NCBI GenBank assembly: GCA_037481835.1
Contig: JBBFKW010000009.1
Span: 32,001-96,000 of the forward strand
Direction: 5' to 3'
Origin: Desulfosoma sp.
GTDB lineage: Bacteria; Desulfobacterota; Syntrophobacteria; Syntrophobacterales; DSM-9756
Length of the DNA stretch: 64,000 bases
The number at the start of each line of letters is the position of its first letter. The first letter of the stretch is position 1. This document shows positions 10,227-20,095 of the stretch, one piece after another. The notes under the pieces are model-generated. The model was not told the origin of the DNA. It saw nothing but the letters and a program-made list of their open reading frames with translations, and did no database searches. The translations under genes were made by a program, and so were the position numbers.

Positions 10227-10304
10227 GGCATACCCTTTCCAAGATCTCGCAATCTCAATGAAAGTCCAACCGATAACCCTCGACGCGAACAAAGCTCTTT
10301 GACG

Positions 10305-11639
10305 TCAAAAGATGCGGCCTCGCTGCCCGTCCCAGTCGTCCGGAGGTTTGGCGCCGATGCGGTCCGCCCACGCGCCGACGATCCCTTCGTCCTCGAGAGC
10401 TTTGACGGCTTCGGAATCGAGGCCTAAAAGATTTCGGAAAACGTAGTCGTTGTGAAACCCTACGGGTTTGGCGATCCACCGCATGCGCCCCGGCGTTTCC
10501 GAGAATTTGGGGCCCGGGCCGTATTCCACCACCGGCCCGTAGAGCGGGTCTTCGAACTCCCAGACAGCCTTGCGAAACCTCAGGTGCTCGTCATCGTAAT
10601 GGTCCCGTGCCGAAGCAACGCGCTGAGCCGAAAAGCCGTGCCGCCGGCCGGCATCTTCCACCTGTCGGACCGTGCATCCGGCAACCCAGCGGGACAGGCG
10701 TGCGTAGATCTTTTCCTGGTTTTCATCCTTGAGGCGCCCTGAAAGGCTCTCCATTTCCGCGTCGTCCTGAAGCTCATCGGCTTCCATGGCGTCGCACAAG
10801 CCCTGGAACGAGCCGTCATCCACGGCCGAGACGGCCACGAACCCGTCCTTGGCGCGGAAGACGCCGGACGGCACCATGGCCACATCCACGTTGCCCACCC
10901 GCCGTCTTTCCTTGCCGAAGAGGCTCCACAGGAGCCACGTCCAGTCCTGAATGCGGATGAGGCTTTCCCCTTGGGAGACATCAATCATTTGACCCGAGCC
11001 GGTTTTGTTGCGGGCGTAAAGGGCGGCGAGGATCCCCAGGGTGGCGAAGAGAGCGCCGGTGTAGTCGCCGATCCAGATGCCGATCTTGAGCGGGGGGCGG
11101 CCCGGGAAGCCCGTCGTGGCCGAAAAGCCACTCATGGCCTGCGATGTGGCGTCATAGGAAGGCCTGTCCCGGTAAGCGCTCCATTGCCCGAACCCGCTGT
11201 TGGCCTGGTAAACGAGCCTGGGATTGACCTCTTTCAGTTGCCGGTAGCCCACGCCCCAGCGGTCCATGGTGCCGGGCCGGAAGTTTTCCACCAGGACGTC
11301 CGATCGGGCCACGAGCTGTTTGAGGAGTTCGGCCCCTTTGGGTTTTCGAATGTCGATGGCCACGTGATACTTGTTGTGGTTCATGTGCGTGAAGGCGGGG
11401 GATATGTTTTTGTAGAAAAAACCTCGAGGGGCCACGTAACGCATGAGGTCCCCTACGCCGGGCAGTTCGATCTTGATGACCTCAGCCCCCAGATCCGCCA
11501 GAAGGTCCGCCGTCACCGGGCCGAAAACCCGGGTGCACAGTTCCAGCACGCGGATGCCCTTAAGGGCTTCCGGTTTGGCGAAAACATTGTCGGGGTCGAA
11601 CAGTTTTTCCGTCCAGTCGAAGTAGTTTTCCGCGTCCAT
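10305..11639 (-). CDS. Family III (CaiB/BaiF) CoA-transferase subunit
   Basis: LADLGAEVIKIE, DVLVENFRPG, SGFGQ, YDATSQAMSG, IGDYTGA (catalytic Asp); AAGGAG RBS. Confidence 0.93.
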   Translation of the reverse strand: MDAENYFDWTEKLFDPDNVFAKPEALKGIRVLELCTRVFGPVTADLLADLGAEVIKIELPGVGDLMRYVAPRGFFYKNISPAFTHMNHNKYHVAIDIRKPKGAELLKQLVARSDVLVENFRPGTMDRWGVGYRQLKEVNPRLVYQANSGFGQWSAYRDRPSYDATSQAMSGFSATTGFPGRPPLKIGIWIGDYTGALFATLGILAALYARNKTGSGQMIDVSQGESLIRIQDWTWLLWSLFGKERRRVGNVDVAMVPSGVFRAKDGFVAVSAVDDGSFQGLCDAMEADELQDDAEMESLSGRLKDENQEKIYARLSRWVAGCTVRQVEDAGRRHGFSAQRVASARDHYDDEHLRFRKAVWEFEDPLYGPVVEYGPGPKFSETPGRMRWIAKPVGFHNDYVFRNLLGLDSEAVKALEDEGIVGAWADRIGAKPPDDWDGQRGRIF

Positions 11640-11828
11640 GTGTCGCTCCTTCGAGGGGTCAATGGGTTGTCCCGTGGAGGCGAGCCGGGGCGGCGCCTCT
11701 GTATTTCCCGCGGCGCCCCGGGCTCTACGGCTTCGCCCCTTCGGAACGATGCCCGCCGCGGCATGAACCCGCCCCCGGCTTGACCCGGTGGGCTACAGGT
11801 GCGGGGTGCCGTGGGCCGGCCGTTCATT

Positions 11829-11873
11829 CCCGGGGCGGTGCCCCGGGCTGGAATCCTACGCCCCTTCGGGGCT
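11829..11873. repeat. REP-like palindromic repeat, class B (CCCGGGGC-N3-GCCCCGGGCT-N~9-CGCCCCTTCGGGGCT)
   Basis: Two-hairpin unit. Related copies near 11707-11743, 22841-22882 (reverse), 30626-30670, 34829-34845 (partial), 34875-34919, 34946-34988 and possibly 63976-64000. Confidence 0.75.
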
Positions 11874-11911
11874 CATTGGGGTAAGGCGCTTTCCTTACGG
11901 TTCTTTTACGG

Positions 11912-12613
11912 TCAGCGCACCCACATCATGACGAGTTTCACCAGAGCCGGGGTGACCAGGGCCGTGGCAATGCCGTTCAGGCAAATGGCAAGGCCGCCCG
12001 CGGCCCCCTGCGCTTCCCCCTCTTCCACCGCCCGGGCCGTGCCGATGCCGTGGGAGGCCGCCCCCATGGCCAGGCCGAAAGCCACGGGATTGCGCACCCC
12101 ACACAACCGAAGGACTCCCGGGCCGATGACCGCCCCCAAAATGCCCGTCGCAATGACAATGGCCGCCGTAAGCGGCGGGATTCCCCCGATCTTTTCTGCA
12201 ATGCCCATGGCGATGGGCGTGGTCACGGATTTTGGGGCCATGGAGGCCACCACGGGCGCCGAAGCACCCAGAAAAGCTGCCGTCCCGGCGGCGCTCAGCA
12301 CCCCCACGACCGCCGCCACGAGGATGGAAAGCCCGATGGCGAGGCCTCGCTTGCGGATTTCTTCCAGCTGCAAATACAAGGGCACCCCCAAGGCCACCAC
12401 GGCGGGGCCGAGAAAGAAGCTGATGATCTGTCCACCCTGGAAATAGTCTTCGTAGCGGATGCCCGAAAGGGTCAAAAAGGCCATAAGCCCGAGGATGGCC
12501 AGGAGCACGGGGTTGAGCCAAAAGTACCGGAATCGCACATAAAGGCGCTGCGCCCCGTAAAAGGCCACAAACGTGATGAAGACGGAAAAAGCTTTGCCGC
12601 TGAAAAAAGCCAT
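11912..12613 (-). CDS. lrgB: LrgB/CidB family membrane protein
   Basis: LGPAVVALGVPLY, PKSVTTPIAM, GAASHGIGTARA signatures; TGATG overlap with lrgA. Confidence 0.93.
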   Translation of the reverse strand: MAFFSGKAFSVFITFVAFYGAQRLYVRFRYFWLNPVLLAILGLMAFLTLSGIRYEDYFQGGQIISFFLGPAVVALGVPLYLQLEEIRKRGLAIGLSILVAAVVGVLSAAGTAAFLGASAPVVASMAPKSVTTPIAMGIAEKIGGIPPLTAAIVIATGILGAVIGPGVLRLCGVRNPVAFGLAMGAASHGIGTARAVEEGEAQGAAGGLAICLNGIATALVTPALVKLVMMWVR

Positions 12614-12951
12614 CACGAGCGCTCCAACTTTTGCATGACCCAGCCGACCCCCACGAGCACCGCCAGGGTGCTCACCACATAGGCCACAACGATGGGCACC
12701 CATTCCCGGGACAAGAGGTCCAGGTAAAGCACAAGGCCCACCCCCGGAGGCACAAAGAAAAAGGCCATGTTTTGCACCAGGAGGTCCGCGGCGGGCTTGA
12801 CGCTTTTTACATCCACCCAGCCTCGGCACAGGGAAAAGGTGAGCAGCATCATGCCGATGACGTTGCCGGGGACGGGAAGGGACAGGGCGAAACTCACCCC
12901 GTCTCCCAACGCCAGAAAGAAGAAGAGGATACACAGACTCCGGATGAGCAT
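12613..12951 (-). CDS. lrgA: CidA/LrgA family holin-like protein
   Basis: LPVPGNVIGMMLL and FFFVPPGVGL motifs; 112 aa, hydrophobic. Confidence 0.92.
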   Translation of the reverse strand: MLIRSLCILFFFLALGDGVSFALSLPVPGNVIGMMLLTFSLCRGWVDVKSVKPAADLLVQNMAFFFVPPGVGLVLYLDLLSREWVPIVVAYVVSTLAVLVGVGWVMQKLERS

Positions 12952-12955
12952 GACC

Positions 12956-13672
12956 CTACGGCGCCTTGCGCGATCTAAAAAATTCCAGCACGAACCCGAT
13001 GTGGCGCCTCATGGCGTTGAGCGCCCCTTCGCTGTCCCGATGCCGTATGGCTTCGTATATGGCGGTGTGTTGCTCCACGATGCGCGAAAGGTTTCCCGGT
13101 TCTTCGTAAAGCTTTTGGAGATTCATGCGGATGCCGAAAAAGAGAAAATCGTAGAGGCTTCGCATCACCTTGATGTGCACGGGATTTCGAGTCGCGTAGG
13201 CAATGGCCATGTGAAAGGAAATGTCCGGCTCATGGCCGATCCCCCCCTCGGCAATGTCCTCCTTCATGGCCTCCAGGCTGGTTCGCAAGTGTTCCATATC
13301 GCGATCGTCGGCCCGCAAGGCGGCCAGAGCCGCCGCCGTGCATTCCAGTCCCAACCGCACTTCCAGGATGTGTTCCAAGGTCACATCCTCCCCATCCATG
13401 AACGTGGCCATGGGGTTTTCGTGCAGCGGGTCCAGGCTCCTGACGAACGTCCCCTGTCCGTGGCGCTGCTCCACAAGGTGCATCACCACAAGCTGGTTGA
13501 TGGCTTCCCTCACCGTGGGGCGACTCACGTGAAGCTGCCGGGCCAGTTCCCGTTCCGAGGGCAGGCGCTCTCCCGGTTTGAGAAACCCACGGTAGATGAG
13601 TTCCGTCAGCTGCTGCGCCACTTCATCGGCGATGCGCTTGGGCTTGACGGGTTTTACGGGAAGGACGGTCAC
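12956..13672 (-). CDS. GntR/FadR family transcriptional regulator (LldR/LutR-like)
   Basis: LKPGERLPSERELARQLHVSRPTVREA wHTH plus FCD domain; GTG start overlaps the upstream stop (GTGA). Confidence 0.92.
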   Translation of the reverse strand: MTVLPVKPVKPKRIADEVAQQLTELIYRGFLKPGERLPSERELARQLHVSRPTVREAINQLVVMHLVEQRHGQGTFVRSLDPLHENPMATFMDGEDVTLEHILEVRLGLECTAAALAALRADDRDMEHLRTSLEAMKEDIAEGGIGHEPDISFHMAIAYATRNPVHIKVMRSLYDFLFFGIRMNLQKLYEEPGNLSRIVEQHTAIYEAIRHRDSEGALNAMRRHIGFVLEFFRSRKAP

Positions 13673-14970
13673 GGTCCCAGAGCCTCCGCGTACAGTTCGA
13701 TGGCATGCCGCACCTGCACGGCATCCCCGGCCTGGGAGAGCCGATCGTGCAACTGGATCATGCAGGCGGGACACCCCGTGGCCACGACCCGGGCGCCCGT
13801 AGCCGCCACCATGTCCCGCTTCCTGCGCCCGACTTGGGACGAAAGGTCGTAATGTTCCAGGCTGAAACTGCCCCCGAGGCCGCAACACCAGTCCGATTGG
13901 GCCATTTCCACGAGGCGGATGTGCCCGTTGGCCCGAAGGAGCGCCCTCGGTTCGGCGAAAACGCCCAGGGATTTTTTCAGGTGACACGGGTCGTGATAGG
14001 TCACGACGACGGCATCCGCACGGGGCGTCGCCGCTTCGGGGTGGATCTCCAGGCGTCTTACAAGAAATTCATGGATGTCCATGGTCTTTTCGCTCAAAGC
14101 CCGGACGCGCTCGACCACGGCGGCGCCGTCTTCGGAAAAAAGAACCGGCCAGACCTTGCGGATGGTGGACGTGCACGTGGCGCAGGACGTCACGAGGACA
14201 TCGAAGCGATGGGCGGGGAATCGCTCCAGGTTGTGGCGCACGAGCTTTTTAAAGGTCACCATGTCCCCCGAAGAGGCCGCGGGAATGCCGCAGCAGGCCT
14301 GGTTGTCGGGAAGATACACGCCGACTCCGTGTTTCTGGAGCACTTTCAGGGTGGCGTGGGCGACGGAGGGAAAAATCTTATCGATGAGGCATCCGACAAA
14401 AAGGGCGACCTTCAGGCCGGACGGGCCCGGCGGGCTGTCCAGGCCGGGCAGATCGGCGTGAAACGGTTTGGGCGCCAGCGGCTTGATGTGCCGCTCTCCG
14501 AGAAGCGGGGTCGTGAACCGGGCGCACGATGTGCCCAAGACCTCGTTGGCCGGCTTGGTGAAAAGCTCCTGAAACCGGGCGCCCCATTCCATGAAGGTGT
14601 CGAAAAAGGCCGGGTTGGCCAACATGCCGCGGAGGATGAGCTTTTTTAACGGCGAAAGCCCCATGTAACCCGCCAGGATGGCGCGGGCTTTGAGGAAAAT
14701 GTCCAGGACCTTTACGCCGCTCGGGCAATTGGCCGCACAGGAGCCGCACAGGAGGCAGCGGTTGAGCCTTTCCGAAACCCCCTTGGGGTCCCGGAACATT
14801 TCCTTGGAAAGGCCTTCCAAGAGGGCGAGTTTCCCGCGGGCCACGTCGGCTTCCCGACCCGTTTCGGCATAAAGCGGACACACCGCCTGGCACATGCCGC
14901 AGCGCATGCACACCACCAGCTGATCTTCCAGTTCCCGCACAAGCCTGGCCAGATCCTTCATGCCGGCCAT
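13669..14970 (-). CDS. glcF: Fe-S subunit of D-lactate/glycolate dehydrogenase (GlcF-like, CCG domains)
   Basis: CMRCGMCQAVCP, CLLCGSCAANCP, QACCG, YHDPCHL, WCCG, TGCPAC. Confidence 0.9.
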   Translation of the reverse strand: MAGMKDLARLVRELEDQLVVCMRCGMCQAVCPLYAETGREADVARGKLALLEGLSKEMFRDPKGVSERLNRCLLCGSCAANCPSGVKVLDIFLKARAILAGYMGLSPLKKLILRGMLANPAFFDTFMEWGARFQELFTKPANEVLGTSCARFTTPLLGERHIKPLAPKPFHADLPGLDSPPGPSGLKVALFVGCLIDKIFPSVAHATLKVLQKHGVGVYLPDNQACCGIPAASSGDMVTFKKLVRHNLERFPAHRFDVLVTSCATCTSTIRKVWPVLFSEDGAAVVERVRALSEKTMDIHEFLVRRLEIHPEAATPRADAVVVTYHDPCHLKKSLGVFAEPRALLRANGHIRLVEMAQSDWCCGLGGSFSLEHYDLSSQVGRRKRDMVAATGARVVATGCPACMIQLHDRLSQAGDAVQVRHAIELYAEALGP

Positions 14971-14971
14971 G

Positions 14972-16357
14972 TTACGCCTCCCCGATGACCTTGCCCGGAT
15001 TGAGAATGTTCTTGGGATCCAGGGCCCTCTTGATCCGCCGAGCGTACTCCAGGCTCGCCCGAGTCGTTTCCTTTTCCATGAAAGGCGCCTTGGCCAGGCC
15101 GATCCCGTGTTCGCCGGAAAGGGTCCCGCCCATGGCCAAGGCCCTGTCGAAAATCTCTTCCACGGCCCGTTCCACGCGGTGCCATTCTTCCGCGTTTCTG
15201 CGGTCGGTGAGGATCGTGGGGTGCAGGTTCCCGTCTCCGGCATGGCCGAAGGTGCCGATGGTGAGGCGGTATTTGGCGGCGATGTCTTGGACCGCCTGGA
15301 CCATGTCCGGAATGCGGCTCCGGGGAACCGTGGCGTCTTCCAAGACCACGGTGGGCTTGAGCTTGGCCAGGGCGGACAGGGCCGCCCGGCGCGCTTCCCA
15401 CACCTTGTCCCGCTCCTGGGCCGTCTGGGCCACGCGAAGGCTGCGGGCCCCCATTTTGCGGCAGATCCCCTCCACCTTGGCGGCATCTTCTTCCACCTGG
15501 GCCGGGTGGCCGTCCACTTCGATCAGGAGAAGCGCGGCGGCGTCGGTGGGAAGGCCTGCACCGGAAAAGGATTCCACGGCCCGGATGGTGAAATTGTCAA
15601 GGAATTCCAGCGTGGCCGGAACGATTTTTTCCGCGATGATGGCCGCCACCGTGCGGGACGCTCCCGATACGGCATCGAAGACGGCCATCATGGATTTTCG
15701 ATGCTGGGGCTGGGGGATGAGCTTCAAGATGATTTTGTAGATGACGCCCAGAGTGCCTTCCGATCCCACGAGAAGGGAGGCCAGGTTGTAGCCCGTAACG
15801 CACTTGACGGTTCGGGACCCCGTTTTCACCACATCGCCGTTGACGTCGAAAAATTCCAACCCCATGACGTAATCGCGGGTGACGCCGTATTTCAGGCCCC
15901 GAAGGCCGCCGGCGTTTTCCGCCACATTGCCCCCCAGAGTGGAAACGGCCTGACTGCCGGGATCGGGCGGATAGAAGAGCCCTTGGGCTTCCACCGCCGC
16001 GGCGAATTTGGCCGTGATGACCCCAGGTTCCACCACGGCGTAGAGGTCTTCCGTGTTGAGTTCCAGGATGCGGTTGAGGGCGTTGGTGAGGATGACCACG
16101 CCGTGGGCTTTGGGCACCGTGCCGCCGCTTAGGTTGGTCCCGGCGCCGCGAACCGTCACCGGCACGGCGTTCTCATTGCACAGCTTGACGATCCGCCCGA
16201 GGTGTTCCGCGTCCCGAGGACGCACCACCGCCGCCGGAACCACAGGGTCCAAGACCGCCGCATCGTAGGCGTACACCGCCCGGTCCGCCTCATCGGTAAA
16301 GACGTTTTCTTTCCCCACCACTTCTTCCAAGGCTTTGAAGAAACGCACCGGCATCAT
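14972..16357 (-). CDS. glcD: FAD-linked D-lactate/glycolate dehydrogenase subunit (GlcD-like)
   Basis: RGAGTNLSGG, YPPDPGS, GGNVAENAGG, GSEGTLG, FGHAGDGNLH, SGEHGIG; AAGGAG RBS. Confidence 0.93.
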   Translation of the reverse strand: MMPVRFFKALEEVVGKENVFTDEADRAVYAYDAAVLDPVVPAAVVRPRDAEHLGRIVKLCNENAVPVTVRGAGTNLSGGTVPKAHGVVILTNALNRILELNTEDLYAVVEPGVITAKFAAAVEAQGLFYPPDPGSQAVSTLGGNVAENAGGLRGLKYGVTRDYVMGLEFFDVNGDVVKTGSRTVKCVTGYNLASLLVGSEGTLGVIYKIILKLIPQPQHRKSMMAVFDAVSGASRTVAAIIAEKIVPATLEFLDNFTIRAVESFSGAGLPTDAAALLLIEVDGHPAQVEEDAAKVEGICRKMGARSLRVAQTAQERDKVWEARRAALSALAKLKPTVVLEDATVPRSRIPDMVQAVQDIAAKYRLTIGTFGHAGDGNLHPTILTDRRNAEEWHRVERAVEEIFDRALAMGGTLSGEHGIGLAKAPFMEKETTRASLEYARRIKRALDPKNILNPGKVIGEA

Positions 16358-16476
16358 GGGGTTCTCCTTCGTGCCGCTCCGATCTAGGCCCGCCCTGCGG
16401 GCGAGCGCCTCATCCATCCTTTTCGACAGCGGCCTTCCGCGGCGACGGCGGGCGGGGTCCCGAGGGGGATGGCAAC

Positions 16477-16487
16477 TGGTTTGACCA
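16477..16487. promoter_or_regulatory. GntR/FadR-type operator TGGT-N3-ACCA (site 1)
   Basis: TGGTTTGACCA in the divergent intergenic region; matches the LldR/PdhR-type palindrome. Confidence 0.65.
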
Positions 16488-16584
16488 CATGACATGTGAA
16501 CCGCACAAGGTCCGATGGGGCCGTGTCGTTCCGCAGCCTAGCAGGCTCCGTTTCGCTTTTCAAGAACTTTTGTGAACTTTTTCC

Positions 16585-16627
16585 TTGACACGGTATGGGA
16601 GCCTGTGCCAAGTGTGTGGTCAAGCCA
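16585..16627 (+). promoter_or_regulatory. Sigma70 -35 (TTGACA) followed by second GntR operator TGGTCAAGCCA
   Basis: TTGACA at 16585-16590; GTGTGGTCAAGCCA closely matches the reverse complement of site 1 (ATGTGGTCAAACCA) and lies over the expected start site. The -10 is weak. Confidence 0.55.
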
Positions 16628-16964
16628 TCAGCCGGATTGGGATCCATGGCATAGAATGCGTGTCGGCGTGTGCTCCACTTCCTGCGCCTGGGGCGGGTCC
16701 AGCCCTCGTGTACCGGCCCATGCGGCGGCCCTTCTCCACCGCTGCGGCCCGCCCCTTACTCCCGCTCGCCCTTCCGCCGCACCCCGCGGCCGCGTCGACA
16801 AGGGAATGAATGGGGAAAGGGGGTGAGAGGTGTCCATCGGGGATGGACCCCGGGGCCTCAGGGCGTTTCCAAGTTCCGAGGCGGTCTTTTTCAAGTCTTC
16901 AGGTGCGGCGTGCCGACGGCGCGTCATTTTGGAAAAGGAAAACCGAAGGGAAGGAGAAGATGCC

Positions 16965-18122
16965 ATGAAGCGATACGCAACCGTCATGATGGCCTGTGTG
17001 CTGACCGTTTTTCTCGCCGTGGGTGTGGCCGTGGCGGCCAAGGAACAGCGCGGCAAATTCGCCGAAGACCCGCGTCACGACATGGCCAAGAAGGTGGATT
17101 TCAAGCCGTCCGACAAGACCTTCCGCTGGAAAATGGTCATGCCGTGGACCAAGGGCCTGCTCTTTTACGATATCGCCCAACATTTCGCCGACAGTGTCCG
17201 GTTGGCCTCCGCAGGACGTTTGGACATTAAGGTCTTTTCCGCCGACGAATTGGTCCCCGCCATGCAGACCTTCGATGCCGTCGCCCAGGGAACGGCCGAA
17301 GTCGGCCACGACTGGCCCGGCTACTGGAAGGGGAAAAACGAAGCCTTCGTCGCCTTTGCCTCCGTGCCCTTCGGTCTGGATGCGGAAGGCTATAATATCT
17401 GGCTCTATGAAAAGGGCGGCCTGGCCATGATGCAGGAACTCTACGGCCGATTCGGCCTCCATGCCCTGCCGTGCGGTCAGGTGGGCCAGGAAATGGGGCT
17501 GTTCTCCAACAAGCGCGCGACCAAGATGGAAGATTTCAAAGGCCTGCGCGTGCGGACCCCCGGCTGGTACATGGACATTATGAACATGCTGGGCGCCTCC
17601 GTGAGCCCCCTCCCCGGCGGGGAAGTCTATCTCGCCTTGGAACGCGGCGTCATCGATGCGGCCGAATTTTCTTCGCCGGCCATCAATTATCCCATGGGCT
17701 TTGACGAAGTGACCAAGTATTCCATTCAGCCGGGTGTGCACCAGCCGGGCTGCCAGTGCGCCGTCTTTTTCAACAAGAAGGCGTGGGATGAACTGCCCGA
17801 AGATCTGAAATGGATCGTGCAGATCGCCGCCATGGAAACTCAGCTGTGGAGCTACAACTGGGTGAACGCCCTGAACGCCAAAGCCATCCAGGAATTCAAG
17901 AAGCGCATCGAATTCGTCCGCATGGACACGGACGCCCTGATCCAATTCCGCAAGACGACCAAGCAATACCTGGATTCGCTCAAGGAGAAATACCCGGACG
18001 TGAAAAAGGTCCTGGATTCCCAGGAAGCCTTCATCGAAGAGTATGCCGTGTGGCGTGACGCCCGAAGCGGCGTGGCTGCATGGCCTTATGAAATCTATAT
18101 TTCCGGGCGCGTGACGGAATAA
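16965..18122 (+). CDS. dctP: TRAP transporter substrate-binding protein (probably lactate/2-oxoacid)
   Basis: Signal peptide; FDAVAQG, YWKGKN, FKGLRVRTPG, EVYLALERGVIDAAEF. Confidence 0.93.
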   Translation: MKRYATVMMACVLTVFLAVGVAVAAKEQRGKFAEDPRHDMAKKVDFKPSDKTFRWKMVMPWTKGLLFYDIAQHFADSVRLASAGRLDIKVFSADELVPAMQTFDAVAQGTAEVGHDWPGYWKGKNEAFVAFASVPFGLDAEGYNIWLYEKGGLAMMQELYGRFGLHALPCGQVGQEMGLFSNKRATKMEDFKGLRVRTPGWYMDIMNMLGASVSPLPGGEVYLALERGVIDAAEFSSPAINYPMGFDEVTKYSIQPGVHQPGCQCAVFFNKKAWDELPEDLKWIVQIAAMETQLWSYNWVNALNAKAIQEFKKRIEFVRMDTDALIQFRKTTKQYLDSLKEKYPDVKKVLDSQEAFIEEYAVWRDARSGVAAWPYEIYISGRVTE

Positions 18123-18152
18123 GAAATCGTTGGAGACGTGACAAGAAACCGC

Positions 18153-18184
18153 GGTCTCAGGGGCGCTTCGGCGCCCCTGAGACC
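18153..18184 (+). terminator. 14-bp perfect hairpin with cUUCGg loop between dctP and dctQ (stabiliser or partial terminator)
   Basis: GGTCTCAGGGGCGC-TTCG-GCGCCCCTGAGACC. Confidence 0.7.
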
Positions 18185-18204
18185 CTTCTGTGGAGATGCC
18201 CGAT

Positions 18205-18705
18205 ATGGCCAACCCCTTCAGCTCCGCCGTGGACGCTTTCATCGACCGCCAGGGGCGGGTGTGTGCGCTGCTCATCCTTCCCCTCAGCGTGGTCGTCATC
18301 TATGAAGTCATCATGCGCTACGTTTTCAACGCCCCCACGATTTGGGGCTTCGAAATGACCACCTTCCTTTACGGCCTCCATTACATGCTGGGCCTGGCCT
18401 ACACCGAACTGTACAACGGGCACGTCAAAGTGGACATCCTCACCGCCCGCATTAAGAAACGGCCCGCCACGATTCTGTCGATCATCACGAGCCTCGTGAT
18501 TTTCGTGCCCATTATGAGCCTCCTCACTTTCTGGACGTGGGCCTTCGCCATCAAGTCCACTCAAATGATGGAAAAGAACGCCACCAGCTGGGCCCCGCCC
18601 ATTTGGCCCATCAAGCTGCTCATGGCCTTGAGCTTTACCTTCCTGTTGCTCCAAGGCCTGTCCAAACTCTTTCGAGACCTGGAATCCTTGAAGAGCGGTT
18701 CCTAA
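18205..18705 (+). CDS. dctQ: TRAP transporter small permease
   Basis: YEVIMRYVFNAPTIWGFE, GHVKVDI; 4 TM segments. Confidence 0.92.
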   Translation: MANPFSSAVDAFIDRQGRVCALLILPLSVVVIYEVIMRYVFNAPTIWGFEMTTFLYGLHYMLGLAYTELYNGHVKVDILTARIKKRPATILSIITSLVIFVPIMSLLTFWTWAFAIKSTQMMEKNATSWAPPIWPIKLLMALSFTFLLLQGLSKLFRDLESLKSGS

Positions 18706-18729
18706 CCCACAGTGTCGAGGTGATATCCC

Positions 18730-20073
18730 ATGAGTCCAGAAGTCCTCACCGTGGCCATGTTCGGCACCCTGGTGGTGGCCGTAGCCCTCGGCCATCCCCT
18801 GGCTTACACCTTAGCGGGCGTGGCCACCCTTTTCGGGTTGATCGATAACGGGTTCAACGTCCAGATGCTTTTCAACATGTACGCCAACCAATGTTGGGGC
18901 ATCATGGACAATTACGTCCTCGTGGCCATCCCTCTCTTTATCTTCATGGCCCAATTGTTGGATCGGTCCAAGGTGGCCGAAAAGCTCTTCGAGTCCCTTT
19001 ATATCGTTTTGGGCAGTGTGAAGGGCGGCCTGGGTCTGGCCGTCGTCGTCGTGTGCACCGTCTTCGCCGCCACAACGGGCATCATTGGCGCTTCCGTGGT
19101 GGCCATGGGTCTTTTGGCGGCTCCGGCCCTGGTGGAAAAGGGCTACGATAAGGCCATGACCTCGGGCATCATTTGTGCCGCCGGCACCCTGGGCATCCTC
19201 ATTCCGCCCAGCATCATGATGGTCGTCTACGGGGGCTTGACGGGACTCAAGGAAACCTCCGTGGGGAACCTCTTCGCGGGAGCCGTCATTCCGGGGCTCA
19301 TCCTTTCGGGCCTTTATTTTGTGTACATTCTTCTGCGCTGCATTATCAACCCGAAGATGGGGCCTCCCATCAGCAAGGAAGAGGCGGGCCGGTATTCCAG
19401 CGCCCAGAAGTGGGCCATGACCATGAAATCTCTGGTGCCTCCCTTGGCTTTGATCTTCATGGTCATGGGAACGATCCTGGGCGGCGTGGCCACGCCGACG
19501 GAAGCGGCGGGGCTTGGCGCCCTCGGCGCCTTCATCCTCGCGGTGGCCAACCGGCAGCTCACCTGGCGGGTGCTCAAGGAATCGAGCTACGCCACCCTGC
19601 GCACCACGGCCATGGTCATGATGCTCTTTATCGGCGGCAAATTCTTCAGCGCCGTCTTCCTTCGCATGGGCGGCGGGGACGTGGTGGCCGATCTTCTCAT
19701 CGGCTCGGGCCTGAGCAAATGGACCATCGTCTGCATCATGATGCTCATCGTTTTCATAATGGGCATGTTCGTGGACTGGGCGGCCATCCTCTTGGTCACG
19801 GTCCCCATCTTTATGCCCATCGTGCTGGAATTGGAAATCGATCCCTTGTGGTTTTCCATGCTCATGTGCGTGAATCTTCAAACATCCTTCCTCACACCCC
19901 CCTTCGGATACGCCCTGTTCTACTTTGCCGGGGTCGCCCCCAAGGGCTACGACATGATGACGATTTATCGAGGCATTGTGCCTTTCGTCGTTTTGCAGCT
20001 CATCGGGCTTTTTATCATCGCCGTGTTTCCGGCAACGATCACATGGCTGCCCAACCTCTTCTTCGGACGGTAG
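18730..20073 (+). CDS. dctM: TRAP transporter large permease
   Basis: LVAIPLFIFM, GTLGILIPPSI, ATPTEAA, SFLTPPFG. Confidence 0.95.
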   Translation: MSPEVLTVAMFGTLVVAVALGHPLAYTLAGVATLFGLIDNGFNVQMLFNMYANQCWGIMDNYVLVAIPLFIFMAQLLDRSKVAEKLFESLYIVLGSVKGGLGLAVVVVCTVFAATTGIIGASVVAMGLLAAPALVEKGYDKAMTSGIICAAGTLGILIPPSIMMVVYGGLTGLKETSVGNLFAGAVIPGLILSGLYFVYILLRCIINPKMGPPISKEEAGRYSSAQKWAMTMKSLVPPLALIFMVMGTILGGVATPTEAAGLGALGAFILAVANRQLTWRVLKESSYATLRTTAMVMMLFIGGKFFSAVFLRMGGGDVVADLLIGSGLSKWTIVCIMMLIVFIMGMFVDWAAILLVTVPIFMPIVLELEIDPLWFSMLMCVNLQTSFLTPPFGYALFYFAGVAPKGYDMMTIYRGIVPFVVLQLIGLFIIAVFPATITWLPNLFFGR

Positions 20074-20095
20074 GATTGGGCGGGGGAGGCATCCC

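Noticed and set aside
11912..12951. lrgAB as a prophage holin/antiholin module
   Set aside because: No phage genes; closely coupled to a lactate oxidation operon.
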